From NCBI GenBank assembly GCA_045594785.1, contig JAZNZE010000059.1:1-32000 (forward strand): 32,000 bases of DNA, given 5' to 3'. The notes beneath the pieces were generated by a model. The model did no database searches. It worked only from the letters and a program-made list of their open reading frames with translations, and was not told the origin of the DNA. Positions 17,306 through 26,250 of the stretch are shown piece by piece. Made by a program: the position numbers and the translations under genes. How positions within the stretch are numbered: position 1 is the first letter of the stretch; each line of letters begins with the position of its first letter. This DNA is from Eubacteriales bacterium. GTDB lineage: Bacteria; Bacillota; Clostridia; Oscillospirales; CAG-272.

Positions 17306-19341
17306 TGAAGAAAAAATATATCTCGGACTCCTTCCGCCACTTTCTGCACGGCGGAGATTACAATCCCGAGCAATGGATAGATACCAAAGAAATATGGGAT
17401 GAGGATATGCGGCTTATGCAGCTTGCGGGTTGCAACGAAATGAGCGTTGGTATTTTTTCCTGGTCAACGCTTGAGCCAAGAGAAAACGAATACGATTTTT
17501 CCTTTCTTGAGGAAATTCTGGATAAGATTTATGCAGCGGGCGGAAGAGCTTTTCTTGCAACCCCCAGCGGTGCGAGACCGCACTGGATGGCAGATAAGTA
17601 CCCGGAGGTTCTTCGAGTTCGCGCTGACGGACAGCGAAACCGCTTCGGAAGAAGGCATAATCATTGCTACACCTCTCCTTATTACAGACAAAAGACCTAC
17701 GAGATAAACCGCTTACTCTCTGAAAAATTCGGGAATCACCCTGCCGTAATAGGCTGGCATATTTCAAACGAGTTTGGCGGTGAATGCTTCTGCCCTCTTT
17801 GCGCAGAGGCTTTCAGGGAATTTCTTAAGAAAAAATACGAAGGCGACATCAAAAAGCTGAATTTTCAATGGTGGACAACCTTCTGGAGCCATACATATTC
17901 CGATTTTTCCGAAATCGAACCGCCTTCACCGATAGGCGATTCCTTCTCTGCCCTTGAGCTTGACTGGAAAAGGTTCGTTATGGAACAAACAACGAGCTTT
18001 ATGGAAAACGAGGTAAAAGCAGTAAGGGAATATTCAAGCCTTCCGGTAACAACTAATTTTATGGAAGAGTACCCCAGAAACGATTATAACGTTAAGGTTC
18101 GCGCCGTTGATATAGTTTCGTGGGACTCATATCCAAAATGGCATAATTTCGAAAGTGATGACGGACACCTGACCGCAGCCGTAGATACAGCAATGAGGCA
18201 CGACTATTTCAGAGCGCTGAAAAATCAGCCGATAATTCTTATGGAATCCACACCGTCTCACACTAACTGGCAACCGATAAACAAGCTGAAGCGTCCGGGA
18301 ATGCATAAGCTATCCTGTATGCAAGCGGTAGCTCACGGCTGCGATGCCGTTCAGTATTTCCAATGGAGAAAATCCCGCGGCTCGAACGAAAAATTTCACG
18401 GTGCTGTCGTTGACCACGTGGGCCACGAAAACACGAGAGTTTTCAAAGAAGTAAGCGAGGTCGGCGCTACTCTCAAGAAGCTTGACAACGTACTTGGTTC
18501 AATGCCTAAAGTCCGCGTTGCAATTATAATAGACGCAGAGAACGAATACGCCCTTACCTATTGCCAGGGCTTCCAAAATGAAAACAAAAAATATTCAGAT
18601 ACCTGCAGAGAATTTTACTCAACGCTTTGGAGACGGGCAATTGACGTTGACGTTATAAGCGCAGATCGTGACCTTTCCTCCTACGACCTGGTTATTGCAC
18701 CAATGCTTTATATGACACCCGAGAAGGTTATAAATTCACTTGAAGGCTACGTGAAGGGCGGCGGCACGCTGATTGCCACCTACACTCTGGGTATGGTTAA
18801 CGAAAACGACCTTTGCTATCTCGGCGGATTTCCCGCAGGTGCGCTCAGAAAGGTTTTCGGCATATGGAACGAGGAGATAGACACTCTCTATCCGACAGAA
18901 AGAAACACTCTTACCTATAATGGCGAGAGCTATGAAATATGCGATTATGCCGAGAGAATACACCCGGAAGGCGCAAAGGTGCTTGCACGTTACACTTCGG
19001 ATTTTTATCGAGGCGAGCCTTGTGTAATAGTAAACGAATACGGCAAGGGAAAGGCTTATTATATTGCCGCCCGTGATACCGGCGCTCTGAAGGATAAAAT
19101 TATCGGTGACGTTCTTGATACGCTCAGTATCAAAGGAAATATCAAGAGTTCTCCCGAGGGAGTTACGGCGCACTCGCGAGAGGACGAGGAATACAAATAT
19201 CTCTTCGTAGAAAACTACACCGAAAAAGAAGCAACCGCACAGCTCTTCTGCTGCGGTACGGATATGGAAACGGGAGTAGCTACAGATAGCAGCATTACTC
19301 TTTCTCCTTACGGGGTACGCATCATAAGAATAAAGAAATAA
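17305..19341 (+). CDS. GH42-family beta-galactosidase
   Basis: 678 aa. HGGDYNPEQW N-terminus, WHISNE (acid/base Glu context), and a length and layout typical of GH42. The ATG overlaps the deoB stop (TAATG). Confidence 0.9.
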   Translation: MKKKYISDSFRHFLHGGDYNPEQWIDTKEIWDEDMRLMQLAGCNEMSVGIFSWSTLEPRENEYDFSFLEEILDKIYAAGGRAFLATPSGARPHWMADKYPEVLRVRADGQRNRFGRRHNHCYTSPYYRQKTYEINRLLSEKFGNHPAVIGWHISNEFGGECFCPLCAEAFREFLKKKYEGDIKKLNFQWWTTFWSHTYSDFSEIEPPSPIGDSFSALELDWKRFVMEQTTSFMENEVKAVREYSSLPVTTNFMEEYPRNDYNVKVRAVDIVSWDSYPKWHNFESDDGHLTAAVDTAMRHDYFRALKNQPIILMESTPSHTNWQPINKLKRPGMHKLSCMQAVAHGCDAVQYFQWRKSRGSNEKFHGAVVDHVGHENTRVFKEVSEVGATLKKLDNVLGSMPKVRVAIIIDAENEYALTYCQGFQNENKKYSDTCREFYSTLWRRAIDVDVISADRDLSSYDLVIAPMLYMTPEKVINSLEGYVKGGGTLIATYTLGMVNENDLCYLGGFPAGALRKVFGIWNEEIDTLYPTERNTLTYNGESYEICDYAERIHPEGAKVLARYTSDFYRGEPCVIVNEYGKGKAYYIAARDTGALKDKIIGDVLDTLSIKGNIKSSPEGVTAHSREDEEYKYLFVENYTEKEATAQLFCCGTDMETGVATDSSITLSPYGVRIIRIKK

Positions 19342-19346
19342 AGCAT

Positions 19347-19387
19347 AAGAGTGGGCAGCGCGGCACACAGCCGTTTTGCTCACTCTT
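19347..19387. terminator. Possible bidirectional terminator between convergent genes
   Basis: AAGAGTG / CACTCTT stem with a large loop, followed by TACTTTAAAATT. Confidence 0.3.
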
Positions 19388-19400
19388 TACTTTAAAATTG

Positions 19401-20228
19401 CTATTCGGATTTACAGTATAAATCGGTTTTTTTATACTGCAACGGCGTCATTCCGTAGTTTTTCTTAAAAAGACGAATAAACCTTGAGCAATCGCCAAAG
19501 CCTGCCAAAAAGCAGGCTTCCGTAACAGAACACTCTCCTCTTAAAAGCTTTTCGGCATACGAAAGTCTTTTTGCTCTTATAAGCTCTCCGGGCGAGAGAT
19601 GCAAGTACTCACGAAACCACCTGTTAACCGTAGGAACGCTGACGTGAAACTGCCTTGCTATCAAATTAACCGAATCAATCTCAAGAAATTTATCGTTTAC
19701 GTATTCAAGAATTTTCTGAAGCTTTCCGGGAATGGAAACCTTTTCATCATAAAAAGTATTTTCCTTCATAAGTCTCAGAATTTCCAAAAATCTTAAGGAA
19801 CGCTCAAAAGAATCACCGTTTTTTTGAAATTCCGATAAAAGCGAGAAAAGCTTCTTTTTATTTTCTTCGCTAAGCCTTACGTATCCGTTTATTTTGTGCT
19901 TTTTTATAAAATCCACTACCGTAATATTTTCACCGACCTCAAACCAGAGGCAGTAATGCTCGTGAACGCAAGGAGAATTATATATACAATGGTGCACCTC
20001 TCCCGGCTCTGAAAAAATTACGTCTCCGGATTTTATCATATAAATATTATCGCCGTGCAAAAAAGAAACGTCTCCCGAAAGGTTCACGTATATTTCGTAA
20101 GAGCTGTGTACGTGCGAATCGTCTATAACGGTTTTGCTCGGGTCTACGTAAAAATCCTTATATGAAAGAGTATACCTTATCTCACTCGGAAAGCCTATGG
20201 ATTCAGAAAGCACTGGCTGAAAGCTCAT
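19401..20228 (-). CDS. AraC-family transcriptional regulator (N-terminal cupin, C-terminal HTH)
   Basis: The C-terminus (PTVNRWFREYLHLSPGELIRAKRL, GFGDCSRFIRLFKKNYGMTP) is an AraC-type double HTH. I prefer the ATG at 20228, preceded by AAAGGAGA. The track ORF starts at 20255. Confidence 0.85.
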   Translation of the reverse strand: MSFQPVLSESIGFPSEIRYTLSYKDFYVDPSKTVIDDSHVHSSYEIYVNLSGDVSFLHGDNIYMIKSGDVIFSEPGEVHHCIYNSPCVHEHYCLWFEVGENITVVDFIKKHKINGYVRLSEENKKKLFSLLSEFQKNGDSFERSLRFLEILRLMKENTFYDEKVSIPGKLQKILEYVNDKFLEIDSVNLIARQFHVSVPTVNRWFREYLHLSPGELIRAKRLSYAEKLLRGECSVTEACFLAGFGDCSRFIRLFKKNYGMTPLQYKKTDLYCKSE

Positions 20229-20270
20229 TTTTAATCTCCTTTTTAAAATATGCATTCGAAGCTGTTAATT

Positions 20271-20306
20271 GATTGAAAACGCCTAAAAACCGATTGATAA
20301 TGCCTA
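20271..20306 (+). promoter_or_regulatory. Direct-repeat candidate operator (two 15-mers, 21 bp apart)
   Basis: GATTGAAAACGCCTA (20271-20285) and GATTGATAATGCCTA (20292-20306) match at 13 of 15 positions. The spacing is two helical turns, in the AraC/permease divergent intergenic region. Confidence 0.4.
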
Positions 20307-20333
20307 GTTATAAGCAAAATTATATGTTATACT
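20305..20333 (+). promoter_or_regulatory. Candidate promoter for the permease-hydrolase genes
   Basis: Extended -10 TGtTATACT (20325-20333) with a weak -35 TAGTTA that overlaps the promoter-proximal repeat. Confidence 0.35.
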
Positions 20334-20428
20334 TCACTATAGTATAGCACAAATTTAATTTTTTTCAAGTCGCTGTTTTTAATTTGGCCAAAATTTTTCA
20401 TACGGCAAAATGCGGAGGATTTTGCATA

Positions 20429-21340
20429 GTGAACAGTTACGTTATTTTATCGGTTTCAATGCTTTGCGCACTTTTTGCAAACGTTATCAAAAAGCGTTCC
20501 GCGGCAGGCTTTAAATCAAAGAAAATCATGCGTTTCTTTTTTAACGCAGCGGTCACCCTTGCCTGTGCCGCATCGCTTTTTATAATAAGTCTCTTTGACG
20601 GACTAACTAAAATTTCCGGCTTTACTCTGATGCTGGGAATACTTTTCGGAATTATTACCGCTATTCAGTTCTTTTTCGCGCTTTTGTCATATGAAAGCGG
20701 CCCGTTTTCTTACACCTCTGTTATAATATCTCTATCGACTATAATCCCTGCATTATCCGGATATCTGATATGGAATGAATCCATCTCCTTCGTTCAAATA
20801 ATAGGTATGGTTCTGATGCTTCTGTGCTTTTTGCTTTCGGTAGATTTTTCGAAAAGTGACAAAAAGACCTCTGCCGTATGGTTTCTGTACGTTTTCATAG
20901 CCTTTATTGCAACCGGATTTATAGGAGTTATGCAGAAATGGCATCAAAGCTCCGAATATAAAGCGGAGCTTGACGGATTTTTGATAATAGCCTTTTTAAC
21001 CGCGTTCGTTTTTTCGGCTGCAGGAAGCTTTTTCGCACTGCTGAAATCTAAAAAGGAAGGAAAAGAAAAATTTTCAAAGCAAGACGTCTCCCCATCTGCC
21101 CTTGTTCTTATGATTTTATGCGGTATGTGCGCGGCTGCAAACAATAAATTCAATCTTTACCTATCCGGAATAATGGACAGCGCGATATTCTTCCCTGTGG
21201 TAAACGGCGGCGGTATGATACTTTCGGCAATCACCTCACTATTTATGTTCAAAGAAAAATTTACAAGGCAAAAATGGCTAGGCATAGCGATAGGCGTTAT
21301 TGCGGTAATACTTCTTTGCAACCCATTTAAAAACAGCTAA
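20429..21340 (+). CDS. DMT-superfamily (EamA-like) 10-TM permease, substrate unknown
   Basis: Polytopic throughout. I prefer the GTG at 20429, which has GGAGG 10 nt upstream. The track ORF begins at the TTG at 20384. Confidence 0.75.
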   Translation: MNSYVILSVSMLCALFANVIKKRSAAGFKSKKIMRFFFNAAVTLACAASLFIISLFDGLTKISGFTLMLGILFGIITAIQFFFALLSYESGPFSYTSVIISLSTIIPALSGYLIWNESISFVQIIGMVLMLLCFLLSVDFSKSDKKTSAVWFLYVFIAFIATGFIGVMQKWHQSSEYKAELDGFLIIAFLTAFVFSAAGSFFALLKSKKEGKEKFSKQDVSPSALVLMILCGMCAAANNKFNLYLSGIMDSAIFFPVVNGGGMILSAITSLFMFKEKFTRQKWLGIAIGVIAVILLCNPFKNS

Positions 21341-21352
21341 AGGAGAAACAAA

Positions 21353-24300
21353 ATGAAAAAAACCTTAAAGCTTAAGGACAGCGTCATATCCATAGAAGGA
21401 AAAAGCTTTCTAATCAAAAGCAAAAACGCTATTCTCGGACTTTCTTTTTCGGAGAGCCTCGGCTTTACCGTGGACGCGCTGAAAAACAGCGCAGGAAAAA
21501 GAGAGGTTGACTACATAAAAGAGCCGCAGAGCTTTCTGCCTATCAGCCTTTACGAAGAGACCGAAGCTAACATAGAAAGCAGCCACGAGCTTATGAATGC
21601 GGTTACAAGAAAGGACGGCGAGGGTGTAAAGGCAGAGATTAAAAGCGGAAACTGGACCTTCGTTTCTGCCGATGCTGAAAATTCTTATTACGGCGGCGCT
21701 AAAGTTCTGAAGCTTTCTGCGGTAGCGGAAAACGAAAGCTACAATCTGACCTTTCACGCGATAACCTATCCCGAATGCAACGTTATCAGATATTGGTTTG
21801 ATATAAAAAACCTAAGCAAAAGTGAGACCGAATGTAAGGTTATTCCTGTTGCACTTGAAATCAATTCTGACGACCAGGAGGATATTTACCGGGCCGCCTG
21901 GTTTAATACCGCAAACGCAAGACAGCATTTCGGAAGAATTAACGAAATGGACTTCGGCGTCAGACCTCCGGAAGTGTCAATTTCTTCAAGAATGACCGCA
22001 GAATATATTCCTCTTGTAATTTTCTACCGCGACAGCAAGCCAAACGATGGCATTATGATAGAAATGGATTATATCTCGCATTGGAATATGCATCTTGAAA
22101 AAACGCTTACCGGAATAAACTGCCGTTTTGGTTTTGACGGAAAAGATAATATAAAAATGGCGGCAGGCGAGGTTATTTCTACTCCTATTATCACTATCGC
22201 AACCTATGCCGGTGATATGGACGAGCTGATGGTAACTCTTTACGACTGGCAGTATACTTATATGTGGGATTACACTCTCGGCGACTACTACGCCAAGCTT
22301 CGCAGCCAGAATCTTGATTACCCTTGGGTATATTGCAGCCGCATCCTTAACGAGCAATTCGCATACCGCATAGCAAGTATGAATATGCTCGCTTCAAAAA
22401 CACACTCGGCGGCAGGAATAGATATCGGCTGGGACGATGCGGGCTGGTCCTCATTCCCGGGCTGGCCCGAGGATTCCTATATGTCCGTTTTCAAAAACAC
22501 CTACGAGGGTCCCGACCACAGACTTTCGACAAGATACTACGAGAAGCTCGGAATGAAGCGCCTTATATGGTTTGCCGGCAAGCCCTCTATCGATATTCTT
22601 GAAACGAAACAAGGCGCTTGGGGAGAATTCGAATGGAGAACTGACGAGGTTTATAACACCGATTTCAAATCAGAGGCTGCCTTCAAAAAGCTGATAAAAA
22701 GCTATCTTGACGGAGGAATACACCGCTCCTTCCATACCTGCTCGGGAGGAGCTACATACGCGGGAAATTTTGACATTCAAAGACTTGCCAACTATCACTA
22801 TCTCTCGGATAACGGAATGGGCCCCGTAAGCACATACTATTTCACCTACTTCACCGTCCCTGACAGATGGGGAGACACTCTCCCCGGTCTTGGAGGAGAA
22901 TACTATGCAAAGGACGGCTCGCATTCCTTCAAAATAAAGAACGGGAAAACAAAATACTATAACCCGGACTTTGCCAGAGGTAATCTGATTATGGCAGGAA
23001 AATACTGCCCCGTAGTCTCCAAAAACACAGAGCTTCACAGAGAAGATGCAAATATTTACGACTATCTGAAGTCTAAGGGCGTTGCGGGAAGATGGAGCTA
23101 TATGTTCCACCCGGGAATTTACGGTGACAGAGAATACTATTATATGCAGAGAACCTCCCGTGACCGCCTGCGTGCAGCAATTATCATACGCAGGCGTCCC
23201 GAAGGCAGAGTTGTTATATATCCCAAAGGGCTCATTGAAAACAAAAAATACACAGTCACCTTCGAAATATGTAACGAAATATTTACAAAAACAGGCAAAG
23301 AACTTATGGAAGAAGGCTTTGTCATTAAGAACGTCAAGCCTCGCGAGGTGATATATTTTAATCTTCCCGACAGTCCAAAAAAAGCAAATGGCGTTACTCT
23401 CCCCACGGTAAAACGCGTTATATGCAAGAGGGAAAACAACGTTGGTACAAGCGGTATAGGAATTTATTGGTCGGCTTATGACGGCGCGCTTCAATACTAC
23501 GAAATAGCGCGTGACGGTGTCGTTATAGCCACAAGCGCGAAATTCAGATATTTCTTTGATACCGATGCCGATTTTGAAGGCAATGCTGTTTACTCAGTGC
23601 GTGCTGTGGGCTATGGAGATAAGGCGAGCGAGTGGGTTGAAGGTGAGTATCTTGAAGGAGAAAGCATAGCATATTCGACACTTGGCGCTCACGGAAAAGA
23701 CCTTGCAAAAATGAACTGGAAAGCAGAGATTTCATACGACTTAAAAACCTTTCTTCCTATGAAATGGACACCTGCCGCAGCAAATCCCGGCGCGGACCAG
23801 GGCGGAACGCCAAACCAAGAGGGCGGAATTGAAGGATACTTTGAAGGCGGTCAGTGCGCAAAAATAGGCAGAGGCTGGCAGCAGGCTTCACCGGACGCTT
23901 ACTGCGTTCGCTCCTTTATAGCTCCGTTTGACGGAAAAATCAAGCTTACGGGAAGAGCGGTCAAGGAATGGTATCACTCTGAGTACGGCTCTGACCTTGA
24001 GGCAGGCGTTATGAAAAACGGTGAGGTTATAGTTCCCTTCACCGCGCTCAAGAAATCCGATATTGACGGTCTTTCGTATAACCTGGAGCTTGAAGTCAAA
24101 GAAGGCGATATTCTTCGCTTCGTGCTGGGTAAATGCGACAGCGAGCACAATGCAAGCGTACATTACGAAAAGGACGCTAATATTGTCGGCTGGAACAGCA
24201 TTATAGAATACCCGGTAGAAAAGGACAAACAAAACGACTTCGTTTACAGAATCAACTGCGGCGGAAATGAATTTACCGATGAAATGGGCGCAGTTTGGTC

Positions 24301-25120
24301 TCCCGATGCTTACTTTACCTCGGGCGAGGCTATAGGAAACGACGATGAGCTTTTTGCAAGTGCGAGAAGCGCAGACGCCTTCTCTTATAAAATCCCCGTT
24401 CCCCCGGGGATATACGCAGTTCGTCTTCTCTTCTCCGAAAATGAATACGATAGCGTTAACGAGCGATTTACAGAGATAAGAATCAACGGCTCGCTCCGCG
24501 AAGCCGAGCTGGATATTGCACAGAGTGCGAGAGGTGTCGGAAAGCCCTACGGCAAGGTATACCACTACATTATCCCAAGCGAGACGGGCGAGATAGATAT
24601 TTCACTTACCTCTATCAAGGGCGGTGCACTTCTTTCGGGAATTGAAATAATGAATGAAAAAGATGGCGTTTATCACATCAACTGCGGTGGAGAGGACTTT
24701 GTAGACTGGGCAGGCTACGTCTGGCAGAAGGATAAATTCTTCGATGGCGGCGAAGCTATCAAGGAAGAAAAAATCCCGTTAAAGCAGGCAAGCCCCACTC
24801 TTTACGACAAGGCTCTTTATCATACCGGAAGATGCGGCTCCGATTTCTCATATAAGATTCCGGTGCGTGACGGAATATACTCGGTTCAGCTGAAATTTGC
24901 AGAATTTGAGTTAACTCTTCCCGACACTCGTCCGATGGATATTTACATTAGCGGTGCTAAGCTTAAAGAAAGCTACAGCCCGGTACGCTCGGGCGAGGTC
25001 GCACCTATAAGCGCAGACGTACGCTTTGATGACGTGAGCGCACAGAACGGATATATTGATATCCGAATTAAGTCACTCTCGGATAAGCCGGCAATTCTCC
25101 GCGCAATAGAAATAGACTGA
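21353..25120 (+). CDS. Large multidomain glycoside-hydrolase-like protein (clan GH-D / GH36-like core) with two C-terminal malectin (CBM57-like) domains and no signal peptide
   Basis: 1255 aa. GIDIGWDDAGW and HTCSGGATYAGNFDIQRLANYHYLSDN resemble the GH36 DDGW and CSSGGGR...SDN motifs. Two repeats of the malectin signature: YRINCGGNEFTDEMGAVWSPDAYF...IYAVRLLFSE and YHINCGGEDFVDWAGYVWQKDKFF...IYSVQLKFAE. The N-terminus MKKTLKLKDSVISIEGK is hydrophilic. Confidence 0.8.
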   Translation: MKKTLKLKDSVISIEGKSFLIKSKNAILGLSFSESLGFTVDALKNSAGKREVDYIKEPQSFLPISLYEETEANIESSHELMNAVTRKDGEGVKAEIKSGNWTFVSADAENSYYGGAKVLKLSAVAENESYNLTFHAITYPECNVIRYWFDIKNLSKSETECKVIPVALEINSDDQEDIYRAAWFNTANARQHFGRINEMDFGVRPPEVSISSRMTAEYIPLVIFYRDSKPNDGIMIEMDYISHWNMHLEKTLTGINCRFGFDGKDNIKMAAGEVISTPIITIATYAGDMDELMVTLYDWQYTYMWDYTLGDYYAKLRSQNLDYPWVYCSRILNEQFAYRIASMNMLASKTHSAAGIDIGWDDAGWSSFPGWPEDSYMSVFKNTYEGPDHRLSTRYYEKLGMKRLIWFAGKPSIDILETKQGAWGEFEWRTDEVYNTDFKSEAAFKKLIKSYLDGGIHRSFHTCSGGATYAGNFDIQRLANYHYLSDNGMGPVSTYYFTYFTVPDRWGDTLPGLGGEYYAKDGSHSFKIKNGKTKYYNPDFARGNLIMAGKYCPVVSKNTELHREDANIYDYLKSKGVAGRWSYMFHPGIYGDREYYYMQRTSRDRLRAAIIIRRRPEGRVVIYPKGLIENKKYTVTFEICNEIFTKTGKELMEEGFVIKNVKPREVIYFNLPDSPKKANGVTLPTVKRVICKRENNVGTSGIGIYWSAYDGALQYYEIARDGVVIATSAKFRYFFDTDADFEGNAVYSVRAVGYGDKASEWVEGEYLEGESIAYSTLGAHGKDLAKMNWKAEISYDLKTFLPMKWTPAAANPGADQGGTPNQEGGIEGYFEGGQCAKIGRGWQQASPDAYCVRSFIAPFDGKIKLTGRAVKEWYHSEYGSDLEAGVMKNGEVIVPFTALKKSDIDGLSYNLELEVKEGDILRFVLGKCDSEHNASVHYEKDANIVGWNSIIEYPVEKDKQNDFVYRINCGGNEFTDEMGAVWSPDAYFTSGEAIGNDDELFASARSADAFSYKIPVPPGIYAVRLLFSENEYDSVNERFTEIRINGSLREAELDIAQSARGVGKPYGKVYHYIIPSETGEIDISLTSIKGGALLSGIEIMNEKDGVYHINCGGEDFVDWAGYVWQKDKFFDGGEAIKEEKIPLKQASPTLYDKALYHTGRCGSDFSYKIPVRDGIYSVQLKFAEFELTLPDTRPMDIYISGAKLKESYSPVRSGEVAPISADVRFDDVSAQNGYIDIRIKSLSDKPAILRAIEID

Positions 25121-25130
25121 TTTACCCCTT

Positions 25131-25175
25131 CCCGTTTTCACCCTGCAGCGTCTCGGTGAAAACGGGCTTTTATTT
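25131..25175 (+). terminator. Strong rho-independent terminator
   Basis: CCCGTTTTCACC / GGTGAAAACGGG 12-bp perfect stem, a 12-nt loop, then CTTTTATTT. Confidence 0.8.
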
Positions 25176-25207
25176 AAAAGATAGTATCAACTATTTCTGT
25201 AAAAGTA

Positions 25208-25236
25208 TTGATTTTGAAGAAAAAGAGTGCTAAAAT
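25208..25236 (+). promoter_or_regulatory. Candidate promoter of the PHP-paralog array
   Basis: TTGATT, 17 nt, then an extended -10 TGcTAAAAT. It lies 37 nt upstream of the ATG at 25273. Confidence 0.55.
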
Positions 25237-25272
25237 CGTATTAGATTTTTAATAAGCAGAGAGGTCCAAAAA

Positions 25273-26250
25273 ATGCTTGATAAATGTAACTACGTAAGGC
25301 TTTTCGGCAGCAATCCGAAATTCTTCAAGGTTAATCTAAACTGCCGCACCAACCTATCGGACGGTCAGTATACCCCAAAAGAGATAAAGGAGCTTTACAA
25401 GGCTCACGGATATTCCGCAGTTGCCTTCTCCGACAAAGACAGAATGGTATCTCACGACGAGCTTAACGATAAGGATTTTATCGCGCTTTCTGCCCTTGAA
25501 TTTACCGTTACCGAAGAGAGCGGCAAAAAGGTAAGCCTTAACGCGATAGCTCTCTCTCCTTGTGCAAAAGCTCCCGCTCTTCCAAAAAACGAGCCTATGA
25601 GTGACAAAGAGATAAGAGAGGCTATCAAAGAATTTAAGGATAACGGATTTTTCGTTACCTGCAATCACCCGAGAAAATCACTCGTAAGCTGTGAAAAAGG
25701 CTCTGCCTACGAAGAGGTTGACGCCATAGAGATACTCAACTATTCCTCCCTTGTAAGCGGAATAAACGAGTATAATGAAAATTACTACGAGGATATACTC
25801 AAAAGCGGAATTCTTCCCTACTGCATAGCGGCTGACGGAAACACGAATAATCTTCCCGTTGGCTATCGCGGCTCAGATTCTCTCGGTGCTTACGTCGTTA
25901 TCGTGGCAGACGAGCTTTCATACGAGGCTATTGCAGACGCTCTTAAAAAAGGAAGATTTTATTCCTCCGAGGGCCCCGAAATTTACGACCTTTGGTATCG
26001 CTCCGAGGTTCTTTACATAAGGTGCTCCCCCTGCGACAAGGTTATTTTCGAGAGCGGAACGCGCCGCGAAGTATTCTTTGCCGAAAACGGCAATCTTCTT
26101 GACGGCAAGGGAATGTGCTTCTGGGTTATGCCGGAGCACGAATACGTAAGAGTTACGATAGTCGATAAGAACGGCAAGAAGGCGTTTACCAACGCCTACG
26201 CCTCAAACGATATTTTCTATACCTATGAGAAGGTAGGAGATTTGAAATGA
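25273..26250 (+). CDS. PHP-fold paralog, type A (A1), with metal ligands largely lost (predicted pseudoenzyme)
   Basis: 325 aa. NLNCRT replaces HxH, SDKD replaces DH, ADGNTN replaces DxH, and the motif III His is lost (SLNAIA). The motif III Glu is kept (ALEFT), and NHP, EILNYSS, GSDSLGAY and FYSSEGPEI are retained. Confidence 0.85.
   Translation: MLDKCNYVRLFGSNPKFFKVNLNCRTNLSDGQYTPKEIKELYKAHGYSAVAFSDKDRMVSHDELNDKDFIALSALEFTVTEESGKKVSLNAIALSPCAKAPALPKNEPMSDKEIREAIKEFKDNGFFVTCNHPRKSLVSCEKGSAYEEVDAIEILNYSSLVSGINEYNENYYEDILKSGILPYCIAADGNTNNLPVGYRGSDSLGAYVVIVADELSYEAIADALKKGRFYSSEGPEIYDLWYRSEVLYIRCSPCDKVIFESGTRREVFFAENGNLLDGKGMCFWVMPEHEYVRVTIVDKNGKKAFTNAYASNDIFYTYEKVGDLK

Noticed and set aside
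18736-19383. The 215-aa antisense ORF opposite the GH42 3' end
   Set aside because: It overlaps a confidently identified CDS and has no recognisable motifs. It is probably a shadow ORF.
22670-24565. Antisense ORFs (22670-23494, 23888-24565) inside the large hydrolase gene
   Set aside because: These are shadow ORFs within a continuous 1255-aa frame that has recognisable domains. They have no RBS or family motifs.
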